Source of the DNA: a virus
Taxonomy: Duplodnaviria > Caudoviricetes
Strand: one strand, 5' to 3'
DNA: 47,659 bases
IMG/VR virus record: IMGVR_UViG_3300026258_000006
Span: 1-47,659 of that record
Shown: positions 20,895-30,666 of the stretch, one piece after another
Layout: each line of letters begins with the position of its first letter
Numbering within the stretch: the stretch's first letter is position 1
Notes under the pieces: generated by a model
Databases searched by the model: none
What the model saw: the letters and a program-made list of their open reading frames with translations, nothing else
Told to the model about the DNA's origin: nothing
Program-made: the position numbers and the translations under genes

Positions 20895-23800
20895 ATGTTC
20901 AAAGTATATACAGTAAATGGACAAGAGTATGAAGTATCTAATGAAAAAGAGTCCAAATTTTTACAGGAATTTCCTGATGCTGAGCTTATAGAAGACACTG
21001 TTTCAACCCCTACTGAAACAGTTACACAAGATGAAGTTGTGTCTACTCCTGAGGCTTCTTGGGGGTCATCTAGTTCGGAATTTGAAGATGCTTTTTTATC
21101 TCCTGATTATGGGAATACTAATTTTGAAGAAAATGCAGCGGGCACTCAAGGTATTCCTACTAAAAACCCTGTAAATTTACCTTCATATGGGGGTAAAAAA
21201 GATTTAACACCAGAAGCTTTATATAACACAGCTTTAGACGCTTATTATGATAGTAAAGACCCTACGGGTATAGCTAAATATGTAGCCCCTCAAATCGCTG
21301 GGTTTATTGGTGGTGCAGCAGATATTGTTAATGGGGTTAGTGAAGATATCCCTAAAGGTCTTTTAAAAGCTGGCATCGGGTTTTTTATGGATGACGAAGA
21401 TATAGACGAAGAGCACGAAAGAGATGCTTTAACTGCGTCTGTAGATGCTATGTATGATAGGTTTGGTGGACCTTTAAAAGGGTTGGGTGATATTAGTGAA
21501 TGGATTAGCGAAAAGTCTAGTAAATTAACTCGAAAAGCAGAACAAGGAAAAGACTTTGTTGATAATTTTAAAGAAGGTAATTACGCAGAAGGAGCTAGAA
21601 TGCTAACCCAAGATGTAACGAGTGCAGTACCATCACTACTTACAGCAATGATTCCAGGTGGAATTGGTATTTTAGGTGGAATTGCAGCTGCTGATAAATT
21701 TGAACAAGGTTATGAAGGACTAGAGGGAAAAGAGGATGATTGGTCTAATGTTTATAAAGCCGCAGCGACCGCTGGGTTAGTAGAAAGTGTAACAGCTTTA
21801 ACTACAAGGGGATTAGGAAAATCCACTACATGGGTAGCTAATAAAATGGGTGTACCTGCTGCAAAAAGTGTAATTGGACACTACGCCACTAAAATGGGGG
21901 CTGGTGCGGTTCAAGAAGGAATAGAAGAATCAGCGGCGGCTTGGGCTGATAAAGCTATTGATAAATATATGTTAGGCGATGAAAAAGCCATGGACAATGT
22001 ATATAAGGAAATGCGAAGACAAGGAATTGTTGGTAGTATTTTAGGTGTATTAGGCGCTGGAGGCAGTAGATCAGGTGGTAAAAAATTTAGTGAATTAACT
22101 AAAGAAGAAAAAGAATTATTAACTAACGGTTTACAACCTAGAGATTTATCTAGAAAGCAACGCGAAAAAGAAAAACAGATTGTAAGTAATTCTTTAAAAT
22201 TAAAATCACTAAAAGATGATCCAATTTTATACAAGGCCAAAGAAGAAGAAATTTTAAATGATTACAGAAGTTTACAAGAATCTAAACAACAAATAAATAA
22301 TCAATTTTCTGAATTATCTGAACCTCAGATACAAAGAATGCAAGAAATTTCTAAAGAATTAGGAGAATTAGATCTTTATACTTCTGAAATATCTAATACA
22401 GAAAATCAAGTAGAAACGGCTAAAAATAAAATTAAGCAATTAGAGCAAGAGCAACAAGATATATTTTTAAATCCGGATGGATTAGATATACAAAGAGCTC
22501 AACCGGTTTTAGAAGAAAACATAAAATTATCTAATGACACCCAAAAATTATACGGAGTTCCCGCGGGCAAAGATTCTGAAAAAGCTGAATTAAATAATAC
22601 TCAAATTGATGGAATTATTGATAAGCAATTAGGCCTCATTAATAAAACCGCTATTGAAGCAGTAGGTTCTTTTGGAAAAGAAGGTGATATTGCTGAAATG
22701 GTGAGTCAATTAAAATATGGGAAAGGTGGAATGGTTGATATGATTAAAACATATAATCCTTCTACAGGAGTTCCATTATCAGCTTATTTGGCAAATCCAA
22801 GAACGGGATTACCTCAAAGAGCAAAAAGGTTAGTTAAAAATGTTACTCAACAAGATGTATCATTAGATGAACAGTTAGGCACTCCTGAAAGTTTAGTTCA
22901 AGAAGCATTTGATACTAATTTTGATGTAAGTGTAGGTTCTAAACTTTTAGCTGATAGAATAGGTTTAAAACCAGAAACAATAAATCAAGCTAAAGATATT
23001 GTAGAAAAAGGTTTATTTAAGGCTGAGTCTAGGTTAATGGATAAAAATTTAACGCCTAAAAAAAGAATATCAGAAGCTAATAAAGCTTTTACTAAACCTT
23101 TTAAAGATAGAATTGCTAAAGATATTAAGGAAGTAATTGGTAAAGGAAAAGATTTTGATAATTTTGTTGATAAAAATTGGAAACCTATTGCCCAAGCTTT
23201 TATAGCTCAAAACCAAGTTTCTAAAGGAACTGGGGTAAGCAAAGAATGGGCTAAATTTCCGCCATCAAAAGATCAAGTTGTAGATTATTTTACTGGAAAA
23301 GATTTAAAGGTCGGAGATATAAGCCCTAGAACCGGTCAACCATTAACGGAGGCTCAAATAGGGAGAGCTATATCTACTAGAAAGACAAGAGCTTTGACAG
23401 AAGCTTTAGCTAGTCACATTGGTATTGAAGCAAGAAATGAATTTTTTAAAGATAATCCACAAATAAGAAAACAGTTTCAAGAGGATACTAAAATTCAATG
23501 GAAAGCTGATGCTAATGCTGTAAATGAAAAAGTCCAGCAGGAGTATTACAACAAACAAAACATTGTAAAAAATATTACAGACCCTAAGCCTGGTGTAGTA
23601 GCAAAATTTAAAGAGTTGGGAAAACAAGGATTATCTGCTCTTAGAGGAGGGAAAAAACTTTGGACTACTAAAAAAGCTACCCAATCCGATCTTAACAACA
23701 ATCCCCAATGGGCTGAAGCTGGTATTGAAATAGGTCATAATGTTTATAATGAATCTGATATAGAAACTCTTAAAGAACAATTAGGGAGTACAATTTCAAA

Positions 23801-26800
23801 AATACCTAAAAATTTAAGCGATATATTAGGTATTAATAACGTTTATGCGTTAGTTGGTAAAAAAAATAGAGCTTTTGATCCAGCTAAAGTAACAAAACCT
23901 AGTGTTTTAGATATAACCCAAGAAGATGTAATTGCCGAATATCAAAGTAAATATGATAGTGATTTATTTGCGGAAGAATCTGCAGAGTCAATTAGAAAAA
24001 GTTTAGGGGGATCTCCTAAATGGTTAGTAAGCGCTGATGGATCAGTAAAAAGAATAAAACCTGGTGATCCGGGAGTGGGGTATGAATTTTTTAAAGACAA
24101 AGAATCTTTAGCTAAAGATGTACAAGAATTATTTGATAAAAAACAAATAAGTAAAGAAAGCTATAATGAATACAAAAAAATTAATCTTGATAACGTCCAA
24201 TTACAAAATACCCAATTTAAGAAAAAAGGCACTTTATTAGGAGACGCTATAGATATAGCTAAATCTGATAAGTATAAAACAAAAGAAGAAAGACAAGACG
24301 CTTTTAATGAATTATGGCCTTCTGCTAAAATAAAGGCTGTTGGTGATGCAAATCATCAATTAATGAAATTTTATGTAAGTCTTTTAAAAAATGAATATAA
24401 AAACGGCAATCTTTCTGCAGATGCTTTAACAACTTTATTACAATGGCAAAGCAGTATTGTGGAAGGTTTTAGAAGTTTAACTGGTTTTAACGCTGTTTAT
24501 TTTACAGATGGACCAAGTAAAATAAATAAAGGAGAACATTTAAAACCAAATGCTTTAAGCATGGCTCAGCTGAAAAATAATATTACAGGAGCTCCTAATG
24601 CTAAAACTTTGGATGCAATTGTTAAAGGACATATGCAGGCTTTTGGGCCGAGTAAGTTATTTGATCAGGTTGATAAATTAGGAAAAACTACCGCTATGCC
24701 AGGTCTTGAAAGAATAGTTTTTGGTATAGGCCCAAATGAAGCAAATAATTTTTGGGATCCTTATACTAAAAAGACATTCACTCAAATGCGATTGGAGGAA
24801 ATGGCTAAACAAAAAGGAGTGGGAATTAATGAAGCTTATGCTCAATTATGGAATGAATACCAAACAGATGGATCTCTTGCTAGAACTATAGAAAGCACTA
24901 TAGACGTTTCAAAAATGAAAATGTATAAAAAAGCGCTTGATGAAAAAGCACCTCAATTAAATCAAGAAGAAACTAGCAAAGCTTTTGTAGATATACTTCA
25001 AGGTAATTGGAATAAAGACGGTGAAACTATATTAGAAGCATTTACTGATCCTAATGAAATGGTAGATGTTTTAATGAATGAATATGGTCAAAGTGATATT
25101 CAAGCTAAAGAAGGTGTTAAGCATTTTGGGTTTAAAATAGGAAATAAAATATTTATTAATTTAAAAGCAGGTAAAGGAGTAGAGACGGCTGTTCATGAAG
25201 CTGGTCATTTATGGAACAGCATTGTTCGTAATGGAGCTCCAAAAGTTTGGAATGGTATTATGTCTAGAGTTAAAGGAGAAGGCTTATGGGATAAATATGT
25301 TCAACAAATAGAGAAAAGCCCTAGTACGTATAGTGATATATTACAGTCTTATAATGATGGATCTAATACATTTGATTTAGAAAATGAAGTATTTGCAAGA
25401 ATTTTAGAAGAATATGGAAGTAATAAGGGTATAAAATCTAAAAGCAGTATTAAAAAGATTAAAGATATTATTGGTAAATATTTTAATCAATTAAAAACAA
25501 TGCTCGGTTTTGATCCTACTACTAAAAACTTTGGAGATTTAACTGTTAAAGAAATGATTGATTTAGCAGTATCTGAAGTAGTAACAGGGAATCCATTAGC
25601 CAATTTTTCTCAATTAAAAGATTCTCAAAATGAACCGTGGTTTGTTAAAACTCATCAAGAGGTTAGTCCAACTTTTAGAGCAGAATCTAATCCAGAATTT
25701 CAAGCCTTAAAGCAACTCCAAAAAGAATATAGGGATAATAATTATGATTTAACTAAAGCTATAGAAAATTCTTATCAGCAAGTAAAAAATATTATGCCTT
25801 TTGAAGATTGGGCTCAATTTGTTCAAAATACTATATCTGAAACTGATATTAAAACTGGAGAAACAATATCTGGTAAAGCTTTATTAGTAGCTAAAAAAGA
25901 TGCTATAGAAAACGAAAGGACTAGAGTAAAACAACTTAAAGTCTTAAGAGAAGCTGGTTTATTTAGTGAAGGCGATCAATTTTTACCAACAGAATTACTA
26001 AATGAAAAATTAAGAAAAGCTGACGATAATATTATAAAAACCAATAAAGAAAATTTCCAAAAAGAAGGTTTAAATAAAAATTTTAGAAAAATTTTAAATA
26101 GCAAACCGGCTAGAAGTAGTAAACCTTCAAGTTGGTTTATTCCTCCAAATGCAGAAGACATACAAGGCTTATTGTATTCTTTTCTACCTAAAGGGGCTGA
26201 AGGTAATAAAGCTAAAGAATTTTTTAATTCTACTATTTTAAAACCATATTCTGAAGGGGTAGCTGCATCTAATGCTGAAATTATTCAAAAAACTAAATTA
26301 TATTCTAAAGTATCTAAAGGAATAGATGTTAACAAAAAAATAAAAGGCACTCCGTATAATATTGGAGATGCTATTAGAGTATATAATTGGGTAAAAAATG
26401 GAGAACAAGTCGATATAAAAAAGCAAGAATATATTGATACTTTAATAGACGCTGTTGATGGAGATGTGGATCTTAAAAGTTTTGCTAATATAATTAATAA
26501 AGATTTCCCTATAGATTATAATGCAGAATGGAGACATGATAGTTTTAATAAGGCCATCTATGAAACCATCAACAAAAATACTAGAAAGCGTCATTTAGAA
26601 GTATTTGCTAGTAATGTAGATTCTATTTTTGATAAAGATAACATGCGTGAAATAGAAAACGTATATGGTAAAAAATTTGCTAGAGCTTTAGAAAACAGTT
26701 TAAGAAGAATGAAAACTGGTAAGAATAGAGTAAGTACAGACGCTCAGTCTAATAAATTTCTTACATGGGTAAATAGAGCTGTGGCTACAACGATGTTTGT

Positions 26801-28520
26801 TAACACTAGATCTGCTGCTTTACAGTTATTATCTTCTTTAAATTTTATAGGTAAACCTAATAATAATATTTTTCAAGCAACAGCTGCTTTAGGTCCAGGT
26901 TGGAGAAAAGATTTTAAAAAATTATGGAATAGTGATTATTTAAAAAATCGTAGAGATGGTGCTAAATTTGATGTATTAGCTGATGAAATGGCTGAAGGTG
27001 ATGTCAAAGGATTAAATAAATTATTAAAAGCAGGATTTTTACCTACAAGATATGCAGATAGTTTTGCTATAGCTATGGGAGGTGCTTCTTTTTATAGAAA
27101 TACCAAAAAAGCATTAATGAAAGAAGGTTTGTCAGAAACAGAGGCAGAAAATAAGGCTATGCAAGAATGGATAAATGCAGCAGAAGAGTCTCAACAATCC
27201 GCAGATCCTTCTAAAATATCTGAAATACAATCTAGTAATTTAGGAAAAGTAATTTTTGCTTTTGCAAATACACCATTTCAATATGTTAGAAAACAAAAAA
27301 GACATTTACAAGATGTTATTTCTGGTAGATCAGCTGCAAAGGGTGGAATGAATCAAGTAAGAAAAGATTTGCAAAGTGTTTTATACTATTCAGCGGGGCA
27401 AGCTTTATTATTTAACGGTTTACAATCCGCTTTATTTGTTGCGGCTTTTGAAGATGAAGATGAAGAAAAAGAGCCAATTACTATGAGGAAAGGCTCTAAT
27501 GTTGAGCACCCTAAATATGGAACTGGAAAAATTCTTAACTTAGAAGGAAGAGGTAAAAATAGATTTGCTACTGTTAAATTTGGAAATGAAACAAGAAAAA
27601 TTAGAATGTCTTTAACTAAAATGAAAGGCATACATCCAGATAAAGTAAATAAATTATCTCAGAGGGAAATATTAGCTATTGAACGTGCTTTAACTTCATA
27701 TGCTAAAAGTTTAGGAAATCCAGGTGCAGTTACTGCCGCTTTATATAGCGTAATGGCTGAAGCAAGTGAACAAATAGAGAAAAAAGGAAGAATAGATAAC
27801 GCTTATAAAATAGCACTAGAGGCTACAGCAATCTCTCCTCCTTTAAATGCAAAACTAAAAGATTTAGTTGCTATTGGTAATATTGCAAAATATAACTATA
27901 AAACTATAGAAGAGGATCCATTTAAACCCTCTTTAAAAAATCCTGTATTAGAAATAACTGGTAATGCAGCTTCTTTTGGTGGAGTTCCTTTAGATAGGGT
28001 AATTAGAAAAGCCCAAAATCTTTCTGCTATTGCTAATGAAGAGGCAGAAAATTGGCAAAGATTATTCTTGTTATTAGGGTGGAGTGATTGGGAATTAGGT
28101 GTTCCTGATTTAGAAGCTCGAGCTAGAAAAGAAGAAAAAGCAAAGAAAAAGAAAAAATCAACTAAAGTAAATTATGGTTGGGGAACTTCAAGTAGAAAAA
28201 GAAAAGGATCAACACCTAGCTATAAAAAAGAAGGTGGGGTTAAAATTCTAGGTAAAGCCCATAAAGACGGTACTATTGAAATAGCCCCAGGTTTATCCCC
28301 TGAAAAAAGAAGACAAGTTGAAGCCCATGAAAAGAAACATTGGAAAGATATGCAGGCCGGTAAATTAGATTATTCTAAAGATTGGGTAAGATATGGTAAT
28401 AAACATTATAAAAGAACTCCTGATAAAAAAATAGTTTATAATGGTAAAAAATATATAGAAGGGCATCCCAAACTACCTTGGGAAATTGCCGCAAATAAAG
28501 CAGAAAGACAAGTCACTTAA
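20895..28520 (+). CDS. giant polyvalent virion/ejection protein (two zincin-like HExxH domains, Tudor-like insert)
   Basis: 2541 aa; HEAGH at 25194 with downstream ENEVFAR; HEKKH at 28326 with PWE; VEHPKYGTGKI Tudor-like segment at 27483. Confidence 0.75.
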   Translation: MFKVYTVNGQEYEVSNEKESKFLQEFPDAELIEDTVSTPTETVTQDEVVSTPEASWGSSSSEFEDAFLSPDYGNTNFEENAAGTQGIPTKNPVNLPSYGGKKDLTPEALYNTALDAYYDSKDPTGIAKYVAPQIAGFIGGAADIVNGVSEDIPKGLLKAGIGFFMDDEDIDEEHERDALTASVDAMYDRFGGPLKGLGDISEWISEKSSKLTRKAEQGKDFVDNFKEGNYAEGARMLTQDVTSAVPSLLTAMIPGGIGILGGIAAADKFEQGYEGLEGKEDDWSNVYKAAATAGLVESVTALTTRGLGKSTTWVANKMGVPAAKSVIGHYATKMGAGAVQEGIEESAAAWADKAIDKYMLGDEKAMDNVYKEMRRQGIVGSILGVLGAGGSRSGGKKFSELTKEEKELLTNGLQPRDLSRKQREKEKQIVSNSLKLKSLKDDPILYKAKEEEILNDYRSLQESKQQINNQFSELSEPQIQRMQEISKELGELDLYTSEISNTENQVETAKNKIKQLEQEQQDIFLNPDGLDIQRAQPVLEENIKLSNDTQKLYGVPAGKDSEKAELNNTQIDGIIDKQLGLINKTAIEAVGSFGKEGDIAEMVSQLKYGKGGMVDMIKTYNPSTGVPLSAYLANPRTGLPQRAKRLVKNVTQQDVSLDEQLGTPESLVQEAFDTNFDVSVGSKLLADRIGLKPETINQAKDIVEKGLFKAESRLMDKNLTPKKRISEANKAFTKPFKDRIAKDIKEVIGKGKDFDNFVDKNWKPIAQAFIAQNQVSKGTGVSKEWAKFPPSKDQVVDYFTGKDLKVGDISPRTGQPLTEAQIGRAISTRKTRALTEALASHIGIEARNEFFKDNPQIRKQFQEDTKIQWKADANAVNEKVQQEYYNKQNIVKNITDPKPGVVAKFKELGKQGLSALRGGKKLWTTKKATQSDLNNNPQWAEAGIEIGHNVYNESDIETLKEQLGSTISKIPKNLSDILGINNVYALVGKKNRAFDPAKVTKPSVLDITQEDVIAEYQSKYDSDLFAEESAESIRKSLGGSPKWLVSADGSVKRIKPGDPGVGYEFFKDKESLAKDVQELFDKKQISKESYNEYKKINLDNVQLQNTQFKKKGTLLGDAIDIAKSDKYKTKEERQDAFNELWPSAKIKAVGDANHQLMKFYVSLLKNEYKNGNLSADALTTLLQWQSSIVEGFRSLTGFNAVYFTDGPSKINKGEHLKPNALSMAQLKNNITGAPNAKTLDAIVKGHMQAFGPSKLFDQVDKLGKTTAMPGLERIVFGIGPNEANNFWDPYTKKTFTQMRLEEMAKQKGVGINEAYAQLWNEYQTDGSLARTIESTIDVSKMKMYKKALDEKAPQLNQEETSKAFVDILQGNWNKDGETILEAFTDPNEMVDVLMNEYGQSDIQAKEGVKHFGFKIGNKIFINLKAGKGVETAVHEAGHLWNSIVRNGAPKVWNGIMSRVKGEGLWDKYVQQIEKSPSTYSDILQSYNDGSNTFDLENEVFARILEEYGSNKGIKSKSSIKKIKDIIGKYFNQLKTMLGFDPTTKNFGDLTVKEMIDLAVSEVVTGNPLANFSQLKDSQNEPWFVKTHQEVSPTFRAESNPEFQALKQLQKEYRDNNYDLTKAIENSYQQVKNIMPFEDWAQFVQNTISETDIKTGETISGKALLVAKKDAIENERTRVKQLKVLREAGLFSEGDQFLPTELLNEKLRKADDNIIKTNKENFQKEGLNKNFRKILNSKPARSSKPSSWFIPPNAEDIQGLLYSFLPKGAEGNKAKEFFNSTILKPYSEGVAASNAEIIQKTKLYSKVSKGIDVNKKIKGTPYNIGDAIRVYNWVKNGEQVDIKKQEYIDTLIDAVDGDVDLKSFANIINKDFPIDYNAEWRHDSFNKAIYETINKNTRKRHLEVFASNVDSIFDKDNMREIENVYGKKFARALENSLRRMKTGKNRVSTDAQSNKFLTWVNRAVATTMFVNTRSAALQLLSSLNFIGKPNNNIFQATAALGPGWRKDFKKLWNSDYLKNRRDGAKFDVLADEMAEGDVKGLNKLLKAGFLPTRYADSFAIAMGGASFYRNTKKALMKEGLSETEAENKAMQEWINAAEESQQSADPSKISEIQSSNLGKVIFAFANTPFQYVRKQKRHLQDVISGRSAAKGGMNQVRKDLQSVLYYSAGQALLFNGLQSALFVAAFEDEDEEKEPITMRKGSNVEHPKYGTGKILNLEGRGKNRFATVKFGNETRKIRMSLTKMKGIHPDKVNKLSQREILAIERALTSYAKSLGNPGAVTAALYSVMAEASEQIEKKGRIDNAYKIALEATAISPPLNAKLKDLVAIGNIAKYNYKTIEEDPFKPSLKNPVLEITGNAASFGGVPLDRVIRKAQNLSAIANEEAENWQRLFLLLGWSDWELGVPDLEARARKEEKAKKKKKSTKVNYGWGTSSRKRKGSTPSYKKEGGVKILGKAHKDGTIEIAPGLSPEKRRQVEAHEKKHWKDMQAGKLDYSKDWVRYGNKHYKRTPDKKIVYNGKKYIEGHPKLPWEIAANKAERQVT

Positions 28521-28538
28521 TAATTAATATCAATAAAA

Positions 28539-29660
28539 ATGAAAGAGTTTTTAAAAAGCACCACTAATGGTTTAAACAAGCCCATTAAAAAAATTTCTCT
28601 TAAAGATTCTATGGGGAAAAAAGGCTGGAACAATGGGAAGGTCTCTAGTGTATTAACAAAAAAACAGTATAAACAAAAAGATGGCAGTTGGGGAGACGAA
28701 CCCGTACACCCGTCGCAACTCTCTAGATCTGAATTAGAAAAAAAGGGGTTAATACCAGATTCCTCTACTAAAACTAATAAACCTTCTAAGCCTACTTCAA
28801 AAACCGAGGGTGGTTTAAACGAAAGAGGCATATGGGTCAAAAAAGGGGGTACAGCTACAGGCAATATAAAAGATCTTGCTCATGGCAGTAAAGCTAGATA
28901 TGATGAATACGAGGCTAGAGGGTGGAAGCATGATGAAACTACCTCTGGTTATAAGCCTAACAAATCTAAAAAAGATTATAAAAGTACTTTTGAAAAAATG
29001 GCTTCAGGTGAAAACAAAGGTGGCTTAATGAGAGATGTTGCTCGAAGAAAAGCTAAAGAAAAAATTCAAGAAATAAATAATAGATTAGCTTCAGAAAAAA
29101 GTGACGAAAATAAACCTGTAGGTATTACCAGAAGTCAACAAAGAAAAGATAAGCGTACTAATAGAAGGGCAGAAAGAAGAGCTGCTAGAACTGCTAAAAA
29201 TACTATTGGAGGCGTTAGTGAAGAACAAAATCAAGCAAACATTCAAGCTGAAAAAGATAAAATAAACAGAAGAAGACAAAATAGAAATGATTTTTTAAGA
29301 AATTTTGGTTCTCAAATTACTAGAGGAGTACAAGCTGCGCCAAGAGAAGGTTTTGATGCTAATAGAAGTGGTCAAAACTTTTATAATGACCAAAAAAATC
29401 AAGTTCAAAAAGACTCAAAATCTGCAGAAGCTATAAAAAAAGATGCTGATGTAGAAATGAATAAATACCAAATTGACGGAACTTTTGGAGCTGATACAGA
29501 TTTTACAAACGCTTCTATGCGTGATAATTTATTTGGTAATTATAATCAACAATTTGGCCAAGCTGGAAACAATCCTTTTACAGCAGGTAATAATACTAAC
29601 AAAGACAAAGACAGAAACTCAATTACTGGCAATATGAGAGATCAATATTTGGGATTTTAA
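28539..29660 (+). CDS. basic low-complexity hypothetical protein
   Basis: 373-aa K/R/N/Q-rich ORF on the late strand. Confidence 0.65.
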   Translation: MKEFLKSTTNGLNKPIKKISLKDSMGKKGWNNGKVSSVLTKKQYKQKDGSWGDEPVHPSQLSRSELEKKGLIPDSSTKTNKPSKPTSKTEGGLNERGIWVKKGGTATGNIKDLAHGSKARYDEYEARGWKHDETTSGYKPNKSKKDYKSTFEKMASGENKGGLMRDVARRKAKEKIQEINNRLASEKSDENKPVGITRSQQRKDKRTNRRAERRAARTAKNTIGGVSEEQNQANIQAEKDKINRRRQNRNDFLRNFGSQITRGVQAAPREGFDANRSGQNFYNDQKNQVQKDSKSAEAIKKDADVEMNKYQIDGTFGADTDFTNASMRDNLFGNYNQQFGQAGNNPFTAGNNTNKDKDRNSITGNMRDQYLGF

Positions 29661-29689
29661 TTTTTAACCATAAACATATATAAATAACA

Positions 29690-29968
29690 ATGAGTGAACT
29701 TAGTGAAGACACTAAATTTCAAGTAAGCATTAAAACTTTAGCAGCAATCGGAGCTGGTATATTCGCATTAGTAGGTATGTATTTTGCGCTCCAGGCTGAT
29801 ATAGAAGAGGCTAAGCTTTTGCCCGAACCTCCGGTTTCGAGAACGGAATATGACCTTAAAGATGAATTAATTCGCGAATCTATAATGAATACAGAAGAAA
29901 AGGTTCAAGAAAATTCGCAAAAACTGGATAAAATAGATGAAAAATTATATGAAATAATTAAAAAATAA
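29690..29968 (+). CDS. membrane-anchored coiled-coil protein
   Basis: One N-terminal hydrophobic helix, a PEPP linker and a coiled-coil tail. Confidence 0.65.
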   Translation: MSELSEDTKFQVSIKTLAAIGAGIFALVGMYFALQADIEEAKLLPEPPVSRTEYDLKDELIRESIMNTEEKVQENSQKLDKIDEKLYEIIKK

Positions 29969-29972
29969 TGAA

Positions 29973-30317
29973 ATGAAATATATATTAACTTTAATTTTAC
30001 TTTTGAGTACTTATATTGGGTTTAGCCAAACTAAAGATATTCAATTATTACAAATTAATTCAAGTTGGAATTTAAAAAATGATATTCCAAGAGGTAATTT
30101 ACCTCAAAAATATATGGTGCATAGAATAAGAATAGATCATGCCACTATAGAAGACCAAGGCCCTAACTTTAAAGAAAGTTTTGCTGGTAAGCCTTTACCT
30201 ATATTAATTTTATATGTAGACGGCAAAATAAGATATCAATGGACAGCTGACTTGTCTTTCAAATTAGAGGTATCCAAAAGTGAAATTTTAGATGTTATAG
30301 AAAAAGTACTTGAATAA
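29973..30317 (+). CDS. exported protein, possible degenerate thioredoxin fold
   Basis: Signal peptide MKYILTLILLLSTYIGFSQ; QINSSWN and LPILILYVDGK resemble thioredoxin strands, but there is no CxxC. Confidence 0.5.
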   Translation: MKYILTLILLLSTYIGFSQTKDIQLLQINSSWNLKNDIPRGNLPQKYMVHRIRIDHATIEDQGPNFKESFAGKPLPILILYVDGKIRYQWTADLSFKLEVSKSEILDVIEKVLE

Positions 30318-30380
30318 TATGGAATTTGCATTATATATAGCTTGCTTAGTTTTAATGTGTTTATTTATTATTCGCAGGGT

Positions 30381-30429
30381 AAAATAAAAAAAAGGGTAAC
30401 CATTAGTTTGGCTACCCTTTATTTTTTTT
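30381..30429. terminator. bidirectional Rho-independent terminator at the convergence of the two gene blocks
   Basis: A-tract, AAAGGGTAACCA-loop-TGGCTACCCTTT, T-tract, between convergent ORFs. Confidence 0.88.
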
Positions 30430-30649
30430 ATAAAAACATTCCTATTAATACGCCTACAATTATACCAGCTATAGGCCCAATAATTGCCCAAAGTTCTAGA
30501 AATCTTATTTTTTCTAATTCTTTAGACGTAAAAACATTATCTTCAGTATTTAAAATTAAATTAGCAGCTTTCTTTTTAGACTCTTCTAATTTTTTTTCTA
30601 AATCATTAATTTTCTTTTTTGCATCTGCAAAAGTAAATCTTTTTGCCAT
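30428..30649 (-). CDS. small coiled-coil protein with C-terminal TM helix
   Basis: 73 aa with a hydrophobic C-terminus. Confidence 0.65.
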   Translation of the reverse strand: MAKRFTFADAKKKINDLEKKLEESKKKAANLILNTEDNVFTSKELEKIRFLELWAIIGPIAGIIVGVLIGMFL

Positions 30650-30666
30650 TTTGTTTATTTATTTAG

